NCBI GenBank assembly: GCA_964036045.1
Contig: OZ038378.1
Span: 178,064,001 to 178,128,000 of the forward strand
Reading direction: 5' to 3'
Source: Eutreptiella sp. 'Long Island Sound 2002'
Lineage: Eukaryota > Protista > Euglenida
DNA: 64,000 nt
Within the stretch, counting starts at the first letter, position 1, and each line of letters starts with the position of its first letter. Below, piece by piece: positions 22,851 to 34,782 of the stretch. Both the position numbers and the translations under genes were made by a program. The notes beneath the pieces were generated by a model. That model had not been told where the DNA came from, searched no databases, and saw only the letters and a list, made by a program, of their open reading frames with translations.

Positions 22851-24912
22851 CCTACACTAGGGGTAACAATATTGCCCTAAGTATCTCAAAGTATGGGTCT
22901 CTAGTACGGGCAGATGCCAAAATAGTTGCACTGCGCTAAGTGCGCCCCCTTAGTGCACCCCCTAAAAGGTCACCGGTGGGACAGGGGTCAAAAAAGATGC
23001 CCAGCGCGCTAACACTCCCCCCAATGGAGAAATCTGTGTAGGGCTGTGCATGGCCGCACCACTTATATCATGGGGCACACAGTGGACCCACAACACCAAA
23101 GCTCCATGGTACCCAGAGCCCCTAAAGCGATGTGCTGCAGCAAGGGATGGAGGACATCATCGGTATTCAGAACTTGCACCACTGATCCTTCGTGCTCATA
23201 GCACTACAACCACTGTGTGCAAACCTGTTTTGCGGCAGATGAAGGTATTGTTGTATGAGGCACTGGAGAGGGGCTAAGGCAGCAAAGAGGCAGGCACAAG
23301 GGGGCGTCCTGGGGAGACACACAAGCACACAAAGGGTACTTGCCACACACCTTTGCCACACTGCACTTTGGGGCGGCTCATCCAGAGTAGGCCCCTGTTT
23401 ACACATCCACACAAGTGTCCCCAGGTATCGCACCATAATTAAGAAGCTCAGCGCTAACACCAATGTGCACTTCCATCCCACAGCCCAAGACAACATGCAC
23501 ATTAATCAAATGGCTTCAAAACCCCCACCGTTTCGGGGTCCCCAGAGGGCAGTGGCAAATCTTCGGCTGTCAGTAGGTGGTTCGTGTGCACCAGACCGCC
23601 AAATGGTTGCACTGTGCGCACAGTGCGCCGAGGGTGCTGCCCATGAAGGGCACAACGGGGCCCCACAAATGGCACACCTTCACAAAATGCATCACGGACA
23701 GGACCATGTCCGGCGACAAAAGCCTTGGGGGCGTGCAGCTCAGGTCACTGTTGCTCTGCAGCCGGACTGTGCCATCCACGCCACCGCAGGCGGGCGTGAC
23801 ATGCGTCTGTACCATCCCCTCTTCAACTGCATCCATGTGCATTGCACACCGCCCAGGGCCAACGGTATCACGTGGAGGAGCCCACCCAAACTTAAATACT
23901 CTTGGATCCGCCCTTCACCAAAAAGGCCACTGCCAATCGGCAGCCATCGGAAACATGGGCCTGACACCTGAATGTCGCCTCTGAAGATAAGAGGTCATGG
24001 CGGAAAAATGCGGGTGCATGGCTTTATTCAACAAAAAGTGTTGGGTTACAGCAGGGCCACGCGTTGTATTGCAAAAAGCCTTTGACCAGTAGCTATGACC
24101 AGCCACCGACCATCCGTTGCACACTAACGTCGATTGGGTATACACGACCCATGTTACTCACGCTGGTCAGCCAACCAAGCGGAGGGTTGTGAAGCATGTC
24201 CGCTGGGGCATTGATTACAGTGCTGGGTCGTTCACTGCTCTCAGCGCTGCATTAGCCCAAAGGGTTGTAGGGGGCTGGGCTACCTACACGGACAGTCCAC
24301 TTACCTCGTCGAAAGTAGAACGTTGCAGATTGATCCTAGAAACCTATATTTTTAATTTTTGGCCAAAAATTAATATGTCAACCGAAAATTGACCCTTTTT
24401 TGGGGGGGTTGACGGGTTTAGACGGGAAAAACTCTACCCCCATGGGGTGCCTTACGGGATCAGGGCCATTTTCACCCGGGGGTTGGGGGGGCGGTCGCAC
24501 TGGTTTCCTTGCAAAAAAATATTAAAACGGTCCTCGGGTTTAATTTTTGATTTTATTTTTTCGATCAATTTTTGAACTATTAAAAATTAATGTGTCGCCG
24601 ACGTTAATATTTACCTCGCAAAAATTAACAGTTTTCTGCAAAAATTAACCCTCCCTGAAAATCCCTACAAATACACAACAAGACAAGAAATACCTTTTTC
24701 ACCCATTCATGTAATCATTTCTGGCCATCATGGCCAGTTTTTGTATTGTGCCACAGGTGGTGTCACCTGTTGGCGAGTTGTCAAGAAGTGTTCTCACACT
24801 TCTTGGGACCCATCTTTGGGGTCCCACAATTGTTGGGTTGGGTCAGGGGTTGGGTTAGGGTTGGGGCTGTTTTCTGCTTTGGGGTCAGTCGGGGGGTTAG
24901 TCTTGGGTTCAG

Positions 24913-26684
24913 TCAGGGGTTAGTCTTCAGGTCAGGCTGGAAGGGGGGGGGGGCTTTTTTGCCCTTGCAAACACGCTCAAGGTGTTCATGGGCGGCCTCG
25001 GGCGTGGGGAAGAGGAGGTTGCGGGCCACCTCATAGAGCGTGGCGTTGCCTGGGTATTCCACCCAGACAACGCCCGCCTTCCTCCGGTGGACACCGCGCC
25101 TGGTGCCCACCTCCACGCCCCGTGGAAGGTCAAATTTTAAAAACCACCACTCCCAAGCCTGCAAGACCACCTCCCCCTCCCGTTGCAATGCTGTTGCGCC
25201 TGGCATCCCCCCCCCCCCGCGGGCCGTGTGGTCATTGTAGGCCCGCTTGAGAATGGCGTTGAGGCTCTCAACGACATCGGCGCACACCGCGCCCAAACCA
25301 ACCCCAAGCCGTGCCGCATTAGCCACCGCCAATCTCACGTCCTCCTCCAAGTAGAAGAGGTAGTTCGATTGGCAGGCGGCCTTGCAACAATGCAAGCGGT
25401 AGGTCCGCGTGACCTCCGCGGCCTGTAGGTCAGCGCGAGGTGGGATATCCGAGTACAAGTCCTGGAGGAGGTCCCGCATGGCAACCACGGATTGCCACTC
25501 ACCATCCTCCGGGGCATAGGCCAATAGTGGCCCGAGTTCCTCCCGTGCGAGGAACAACGCCCGTGCCTCCTCACTATCAGGTGCAGCCGAGGCACCCAAC
25601 CTGACATTGGTGCGTGCCCAGTATAGCACACGTTGCACAGCCACGGCGTTGTCCTTGGGAAGGTGCCCTAGGCGGGCCTCAAAAGGCCACTTGGAGGCGG
25701 CCCATGGCCATGCAACAATGGAGGATGCATAGGAAGACCAAGCACCGCTCCACCACAATGTGCGGGTCCCCTACGCACCCCCAATTCTCCAAGCTAAGGC
25801 CCGTCTCCTCATAGCGGCGACGGGCCACCGCCTCCCCCTCCAATGTGCGGCGAACCCCCGCCTTCACCCATGCCGCGGCAACCTTGTCCCACACACCCAT
25901 ATTGTAAATAGAGCCCACCATGGGCAATATTGAGACGTCAATAACGCGTCTCACAAGGGGTTGGTCACCCCTGATGACCAACTCACCGGGCACCCACTTT
26001 GTCCCCCAATAGAACTTCTTGCAGTCATGTACAGACTGCAACACCAAAAAAAAGGGGAATTAATTTTTGCTTTAATTTCAACGTTAACATTAGATTAATT
26101 TTTCAGTCGGCGTTGATATTTGCGAAATATTGAATGTTAACCTCAAGAAATTGATACAAAAACGAAATCGAAACGAAACGGCCGTATACCTCCAGGTTTT
26201 TGGACCATATTGTCGCTAGTGCGGCCATGTCCTTATCCCTGCATACGGCCATCCCAATCACACACAAGTAGGCGGGTGTGCGGGCCCGTGCACAGTGGTT
26301 GAGGAGCCCAATGGATAGTTGGGTCGAACTTCCACCGGCGCACGGGTAAGCATCCCCCCGGAGGAGGAAAGCGAGTGGCCTCTTCCAATGGATAGTGTCC
26401 ACAAGGGGTGGACGCGATTGGATGTAGCGGGCCCAGGATTGCAGCGGCCAAGAGCGGCCGCTTGTAGGGGGCTCCGGCACGGACACGGGTGGATCTAGCG
26501 CAAGGGGCTTTACCAACTCCTTCCATATGTCCGTGAAGTGGTCACGTGAAGGGATGGGTCGGGGGAATGGGAGGCCCATCACCGCGGTGTAAGCGCCCCC
26601 CCCGCGGGTCATGAACTCGGACACATGCCGGAAGCCGGAATTGGGGACATTCAAGTCCATAAGTAGCCCAATCAACTCGGCCAA
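24913..26684 (-). mobile_element. RAG1/Transib-like DDE transposase pseudogene with one intron
   Basis: FLLRGDAYPC...IRGDQPLVRR...CILHCCMAMG...VVESLNAILKR. Aligns by eye with 62234-63286. An AT-rich GT-initiated insert lies at 26045-26189. Confidence 0.6.
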
Positions 26685-27519
26685 AGGGGATCAGGCCACC
26701 CACTCACCAAGGAGTTGTGAGACCAAAGGGTCACGCAAACTCTTGGCCCCAGTCAAACATGTGAGTGTCATACTTAGCTCAAGAATGGTGTCACGAGAGA
26801 AAGGCATAATAAGAGCTACACAATAGAATAGGGTAGTTGGGAGTGGTGTGCGTAGGGGGACCGGGGAGAAGGATGTGGGCCTATGTAACCACCTCAAAGA
26901 GTATGGAACCCCTCTACCACCCCGTTGTGCACCCTTTGACCAACCAAAAACCCTTAATGGGCATAGTACACGCACAAGCAAAGCGTGAAAATGAACCAAA
27001 ATTGGGTTCACGTGTTAATATTTGGCAGGCCAATTTTTACCGCCCTTCATATATCAAAAATTAAATTGGTTTTAACGTAGGTCTCTGGGGACGTATTGGG
27101 GTAATGTGCACACCACTTGACCTCATACAGCAACATGGCCGCATAACAACACAAAACGAACACAAGATGCCACATGCACTATCTCTGGAAGTTTCTACAG
27201 GTACGTCAACACATGGTGAAAAATTCATTGCCCAAACCTATTGAATGCTGGGCAAAGATGTGGTCCCATGGAAGCTAACACGGTGGACCAGCACTCTATA
27301 CTGCGCATGCACACACTCATCCATCTGAATCGCAAAGCCCATGGCACCATCAAAAAAGCATAGTCAGAGGATCTACATCATTGAATAAGCAAGCAGTTGT
27401 ACTATCCTATCTGTCAAGCACGACCCCTTTTCTGACCTCCCCCCGCCCCCCCCCCCCCCTACATAAGCACATAAATGATTTCAACACCCTAGCTCCACCC
27501 CTTGGGGGCACGGCGCTGT

Positions 27520-30500
27520 GCCTTGGGGTGAGGGGTCCTCTAGCGCTGGATTCCCCGTGCGGGATCCCTGGTATGGGGATTGGGTACAATGGGTAGGTTG
27601 GGCCAGCACAGAGGGCAGAAGGGTGGTGAATGCGGCAAATAAATACCCAAACCCCGATGCTTTGGGTGTCTTGATGCCTGTGTGTAACCACCAGTTGGGC
27701 CCAACCTTGTTTACTCACCATCACTCTTTGCCAATTTTCCCGTCCTTCCACCCATGGGGGTGTTGGCCCTTGCTAAGCCACATGATCACATTCATCTTTG
27801 TGTGGACAACGCCACTGCATTTTATCATTTGTCCCGTCAGGGAGGCCGACGATCGGGGCTCAAGGCCCACATCAAGCGGTTCTTCCTGCATTGCTGGGAC
27901 CGAAACATTCATCTTCATTTGGAGTGGGTGCCATCCCAGGCAAACCCTGCCGATATAGTCTCGCGGCGCAGGTTAGACCGGCGCGAAATTTGTTTGCACC
28001 ACCCATTGTTTCATCTCATGCTCCAGATCCACAAGCGAGTTCGTCCCGAGTGGACTTATTTGCAATGCCCCACAACAAATTGTGCCCCAAAATTGTGAGC
28101 CGTTTTCCAACCAGCTCAAACGTCCCAAATATTGGTGGACGCCTTGACGGCGGACCTCCACTGCCTTCGTTGGGCTTAGCTAGCCTTGAGTTCTTTAACA
28201 TTAATGTGATAACGCATGGGGTTTTGCCCATTATAATAGGAATGCACTTGTTGAGAAAATTGCAAATCAACTGCTCCCAACTCTCAATCCGAGGCATCGG
28301 CCGCAATGCAGCGGTTGGGCACGTCACCAAGCATGTGCTGGCCCGACCAACTACTCAAATAAATCATGCACTTGGCACTCTCGGACTTGAGACGCGACGA
28401 CAAGGGTAGGAAGGTGTCAAACCCGATCCGTGCAGATTGCTTGAGCAACTCAAAAGAAGGAGACAAACAAACAGAGACCGCACTTTGCCCAAAACAGACG
28501 AGGCGCTACGAAGAGACAAAGAATCATGAGAAAGCAATTTGCCGGGGTCCTTCTTACAGGAACGACGTTTGTGGTTGGGAACGGTCACCACTCCTTTAAC
28601 AAAGTCCATTAAAATTCCCGGAAATCCAAGCAGCTGACAGGGAGATACACATTTTTTGTGGTGAATGAGAAAGCTAGACAGCTGCAACAACTCTTGCACA
28701 GCTTGAAAGTGGAGCTCACACTGCTGCTGCGTTGGCGCCACGATGAACAAGTCATCAAGGTAAACAAACACCGCGATACCCCGCGCGGGCCAAATATGCA
28801 TCAAAGGCCTCATAAATGACATAAACACTTGAGAGGCTTGATTGAGGCCAAAGGGCATGGCCGAAAACCGCGAAAATTCATCGTTGAGAAAGATGCCAAC
28901 ATATTGTTGAAAATTTTTGGACTATGCAACGTGAAAATAAGCATGCTTCAAATCAACCTTTGCCCCCCCAAAAACCGCGCCTCAAAGCTGGAAAAACAAC
29001 TTGCCAATGGTCCAACTTAAAACGTTGCGTGGGAAGCGATTGCTTGGGGCGCTTAAGGTTCACCACAAAACGCCCCTTGGTTACCACGTCGCCCGAAGGC
29101 AAATGATCGGTTTTTAAGACAATGAACCACGGCACAAAATACAAAATATCGGAGCGGTTGCACCGGACAAGAGCCCCAATGGACTTATACTTGCGTACCA
29201 ACTCAGAAGCAAACTTATGCTCTACGGTATCATGAGGGTGGGGGCATAAAAATAGAACACTGGACACGCATCGAGGCAATGACACCTCCGGAAGCAAGCC
29301 TTTGCTAAGGATATCTTTCGCGCGGCGAGATCCGTGACGGCGCCACCACTCCCAATGTTGAAGTAACTGAAGAGGGAGGGGTGACGGGACCCCGTCATGG
29401 AGGTGCTCGTGGCGTGCTTGGTCCATGCCGACCTGCTCCTTGGGATCTACCTCTCCTAGTGGACGACCGGTTGCGGCCTCCTTTGCCACCTCTGGCACGG
29501 GGACGTGACCCGCGCGGCCGAAACCCGTGATTGGGGTTGGAATTGGAACCCGAATTGGATTGTCCCTTGCCGGATGAAGAATACCGGTCACAATTGCGAT
29601 TCATGTTCCTTAAAAGAAGGAGACATCATATTGATACCTTGCGCTTGAGCAAGGCCCTCTTTAGAAAACAAACCAGTGCGCACCGGCACCGCGTCCGGAA
29701 TGGACTTGGATTTGTCCCGAATGGACTTGGATTTGCGGTACTCATTTATACGGTTTGACAAATCAATGGCACAAGTGAAAATGCGCTCTAAAAGTTCACT
29801 TCTAGAGAGATCACACGGAGGAGACTCGCGAGAAAACATAGACAAATCAAGCACGCCGGTCAAACATGCAATGTGCAACGCTGACGTTTCCCCTGCTCCA
29901 TGCACCTTCTCAATTTGTGCATTGGCATCCTTACAATAATCATTGACGGACACCTCGAGTGGAATGTCCTTGACAAAAGGCAAATCTTTAGTAAGTTTGG
30001 ACCTATCATACGGATCCAACGCCACGGACAAATGTTTTCACATGTGGGCTAAAAGAGGAGAAAGTTCAAAAGGTTGTTCCACCCAAGGCAAAGGAAAATC
30101 CTCGGGATCCTCGTTCTCACCCAAAGAATGCTTTGTTAATGCATCACACAAGGCCCACACTGCATCCATCGCATCACCTGCTGGAGCTTTGGGGATAGAA
30201 TTAATGCGCCAAAACAAAGCAAGGCCAACAAGCACACCATCCCAATAAACATCGAATGAAATGGCCAATAGTCCTACTTTAGTGAAATCATGGATAAGCC
30301 GGGACAAGTTCCCTTGACCGTAACCAGCTCCTGACCAATGAGCACCCTTGTTAATAATCTCCGCATGGAACTCTTCAGGTGCCAAGGTGGCATATTGCAC
30401 CAAATTCTCCATAAACCATCGCCAGGGTCCGTAGCGCACAGGGACTGCCAGGTAGTAACCAAAACACAACGAACGGCCAAATCCATGGTATTTACAGATA

Positions 30501-30568
30501 AACCAAGAAGCCACCCACCCACCTTGCGGGGGTGGGATCCAATTGTCTTCAAAGCCGCAACTTCCCAC
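27520..30568 (-). mobile_element. DIRS-type retrotransposon remnant: gag-like ORF, RT, RNase H, MT-like domain; no tyrosine recombinase seen
   Basis: RT: WFIVLK, RFVVNLK, RFKLDHW, MPFGLNQA, VYLDD. RNase H: ADASD, HINVKELKA, VDNATA, ANPADIVSR. MT-like: VDLFA, VDAL. Multiple stops and frameshifts. Confidence 0.85.
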
Positions 30569-33500
30569 ACCTGCGCCCTGCTTGTTGTGACAGAAACTAC
30601 CAGTGTGTCCTTTGAGCTTGCGTGGTTAGATCCCACTCTGCAGAGTGGGGGCACAGCAAAACTTTGCTAATCTACCGGTGGCCCGCCAGTGCTGTGGACC
30701 ACATTGTGGCTGTCCCAATTTTGCTGCATTGAGTTTCTTGATGCCTTTGCAACCCCAGGGCTGTTGTGTGAGCCTTTGGGAGCGTGTCTGCACGGTACGC
30801 ACATGACAGGGAACGATTGGGGGTTTTTGCTATAACTAGCCACATTCTTGCCTATGCAGACCACACTACACCCCCACAACGTTGGACAGCCTCATGTTTC
30901 ACCCCACCCCCTGCCCCCAAGACACCCAAGGCCCCTAATTGCAACCCCCGCACCTCAACGCCTCTTGGTTCAACCAACACAAGGTATCCGTCAACCAATC
31001 TCCCACCCCGGGTGGGTCTGTTTTGCGAGGGATAATACTCCGAGTGCGCCCTTTAGAAGCGGTAGGTGCGACACTTGGCAATGCCTTCTCTCCCTGCACC
31101 TTCTTCCGTGGCACAAGGAGCATCGGAGGAGGCACAAAGAGGTCCAATCCATATCCCCAACTGGAAAGGGGCCGGTCCACATCCCCACCTGGAAAGGGGA
31201 CCTGAATGTATCACCGCGGCACCTGAAGGGGTACCCCTTTTGAGTGACATGTACAAATGCACTAGAAATCAGGGCAAGGCATGCAAGCAACTAATGTAAA
31301 TGCATAACAAGGCTCATTGTTATTGGTACTGGCACTGCTATGCAGCTTGGGTATGGTCCTCTGCAAACGTTGTGCACAACACGCGATCCGTCCCTGGCGG
31401 TTTTGGACCCTGCACGATTGATTTTCTCGGTTTGGGACAGTTTGCCCCAGCTTCACCCCTTCTTGGTGCGTGTGTTGGCCGAATCATGAGGTTTTTCCGG
31501 CTACCAGCCCCTCAGGCCGGGATCTACGCCAGGCCGGGATCTAGGTGTGGGGTTGCCACATTAATATCCCCCGCCCCTTTGGTAACAAGGTCTTCAATGC
31601 TCGGTGAGGCCCCCATAGATGCTACACACCTAGCGGCCCAATGCGCCTTGCATGCACACCACAGCACAATGCTTGGTGCTGTGCACAGGGTTGGAGCAAT
31701 GGGGAGCTATACCCATGGTCAGGTCTTACCTTGGATGTGCCAGTCCCCGAAACACGAGTGCATTGCTCGCTGCACATGTGTGTGTGTGTGTGTGTGTGTG
31801 TGTTGGCAGGGGGAGTAGAGGGACAGCCAGGTAGGGACGACAATGTCCGCCTCACTGCCACTTCTCATTAGCTGGTTTTGGTTTACTAGTCTTCCACCTA
31901 TGCGACTCCTTGACTTTGTGAGCCTATGATCTGTCTTTCTACTCATTTTTTGCACCGCTGAGAAGTAGGTAGGAATGCCGTTTGGCCAAACGGAAACCAA
32001 AAGCAACGCCATCCAGTGGAATTTAGGGGGTGCACGTGAGTTTGGGAACCATCATACCTCCAACTACTCATCGTCTAGATTACATAGTGACTGGTGGGGG
32101 GTTGATTGCTGAACCAAGGTGTGGGCCAAAGAAATGTGGGGCAAGGTGATTGCTTCTGCACAAGTGGCCCACGTCTATGGGATCTTGTGCCTCCTATCCC
32201 CCTCATGTTTTACCCGCATTCTGATGTGTTGCATACAATGCTACGGAAACATATATAATGCTGATGTTTTGTGGTGCCGCTCACATGTGGCGCTATCGTT
32301 GACCTTCGGCATCATACTCAATGCTCACGGCCTGCCCCACTCAGACGGGGCGGTGATGGTGGCAGGCACCTTATCACCATTTGGTCGGGTGTAGGTGACA
32401 GTAACGCAAGCAAGAAGCCATGAAAGGGACATGATTGATACCTCAAGGAGACAAAATGCAACATGTGCAATGGTCATACCTTCTACAGCTTGGAAACAAT
32501 TGCACTTGCCTGTCGAATAGGTGGGTAGGTACGGAACAACCCCAACACACACAGGGTGCGCACTGCGTGCGCACCGCGTACAGTACTCCCTCCTTGGGAC
32601 CTAGCTAGTGGGTCCCAAGAGTTGTAAGACACCCATGGGGGTGCCCTTGAAACGGTTAGCCATTAGAAAATTTATTGGAAACATTGATTTAAATGAGATT
32701 GCTCGTTTATAGACCAAGAAAGGAAAAAATGTAACTTGTGTACAAAAAAATTGTCAAGTCATGTAATGTTTTTGTTGCGGTAAACACGTGTTTTTTTATG
32801 CGGTAAATCATGTAATTATAAAAAAAAAACAGACTAAAGAAAAATTGTTAGTGCGTGTCTTTTTTTGTGCGGTAAGTTATGTAATTGTTTTTAAAAAAAA
32901 ATCGGCAAATCCCAGGAGAAATGCGCCTTTGCAATTCGTCCGCAATATGTACAATAGCTGGTTCCATACGGCACCCCATAGTGACCTTAACGATTGGACG
33001 TTGAGTCCACACAGCGGCAAGTACTCTATGTGGCCACCAATTAGGGGGGACTCGGCCAGTGTAACATAGTGTCACATGGTGTAATTGGCACTAGAAACAA
33101 CAAGCGAAGAGCCCTAACAAGGCCATGGCCAACATCAATGTGCCGGCAATGGGATTAAAATCAGGCTTAAGAAAATTCTCCTGACGGGGCCATCGCCAAC
33201 GTTAGTGCCACCATTCAATTGGGATAGTGGCAAAAAGTGGCCAACATAAGAGCATGTTATGTGCACCAAATAGGTGGAGGAAAAGATAGTAACGTGAAAA
33301 GCCCGCAAAACATGCACTCGCTACAAGTAGTTGCAAGATGCACGTTTCTAGACCCAAAACGGTGTGCACCGTGCGCACACCTTGCACCCACGCCCACCGT
33401 GTCCCTGGAGAGGCACCATGTGCTGTGCCAAAAATAGGCGACTATTCACGACCTTCTCGTGTGCACGGGTAAACCTCCCACGGTTGCCCCCACCCCGACC

Positions 33501-34476
33501 CTCCCCCTTGTAGCCCCCCTGGTACCCCCACCCCTACCTCCCAGGGTCCGGGGGGGCGGGGGACTTCGTGCTGTATATGACATGTATATGACATGTACAA
33601 TGCAGTCCTCAGCTCAGCAACACAGCACCACACGGGGCGACAGCAAAACAATGGCATCACGTAAATTATCTAAAAAAAAAAAAGATGCACGGCGCACGCA
33701 TGGTTTGTGCCGCTCCCTCATGGGAGACAGCAAGTGGCCGCCAATGGTAAAATGATTTTCTAACCCAACCCCACCCATGCACACACACACATTGAAACTA
33801 CATTGTAAGTAGAAACATAGAAAACCCTCACAGATAGCACCTTTCCCTTGGATTGGCAATCAAGAGTTACCAGTGTCTGCCCCCGATACATTTTGCTTTG
33901 TTCTGCAGATGGCGTTGTGGCAAATTGTGCAACTTTGTCCAATATGACAATCCTAGCAACCTGAACCTCAAAACGACTAGTGCAACATGCTGTACCCCCA
34001 AAGTGATCAGCGTGTGGCACCATACCTCAAAATGATCACAGCAATGCACTGTACCTCAAATTATCATAGCCATGCACTGTAGCATGATATGACGAGAGCA
34101 CTATACAGCAAGCACTCAGAATGCTGTAGACTCCATATGTTGTAAATGTTGTCTCAACATCGACAGTCCACAAAACGTTTACAGGACGTTTCCACAACCC
34201 CATACCAGTGCGTTATGCTAGACGTGATGGCAGGCCAATTGTCGCAACCATTTTGATTGGACCCAGCCCACAAGCAATTCAATTATGATGGGTGACTGTC
34301 ATAATATCTGCATTTGCATCAAGTCCTGTCCATCCCTCCATGGGTGCTTTTAGGTGTCAGGGTGCGGGTTTGTGATCGGGTAGGTCCAGGCCATGCGCTG
34401 ACCTGTCGTTGGACCGGTGGACAGGAACCCTGCAATAATCCCCTCGGAGTACCTCTTGCCGAGAGCCCAAAGACAT

Positions 34477-34782
34477 TTATCTTGCAATACTAAATGGCCT
34501 GTATCGCCTGAGCTGGGTTGGGGGTCCAGTCTGGGTGGCATCCTGGCCGTGCAGTTGAAGGGTTTGCCAAACAGGAAGCTCAAGCTCTGTCCCCCTGTCA
34601 GATGAGTGTTGGGAATCCATGAAAGGAGAATGAAGAAAGCCATGGCTATGGGCCACCGCCGCCATCCAACAGTGGAGAAGGTCGGTTTCTTTTGTGGTGT
34701 GGCCCTTTGTGTCCATTTTCTTTGTCGTTGTTTCCACCCCTTCGGGCATCCGGGGTAGCATGGTCGTGCCCCATCGCTCCAC
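34477..34782 (-). pseudogene. Possible LTR-retrotransposon integrase fragment
   Basis: HSSDRGTELELPVWQTLQ resembles the integrase IxSDRGxQFxSxxW motif; little other support. Confidence 0.3.

Noticed and set aside
30600-32000. Tyrosine recombinase or terminal repeats of the DIRS element
   Set aside because: No R-H-R-Y motif set and no terminal repeat could be identified by eye.
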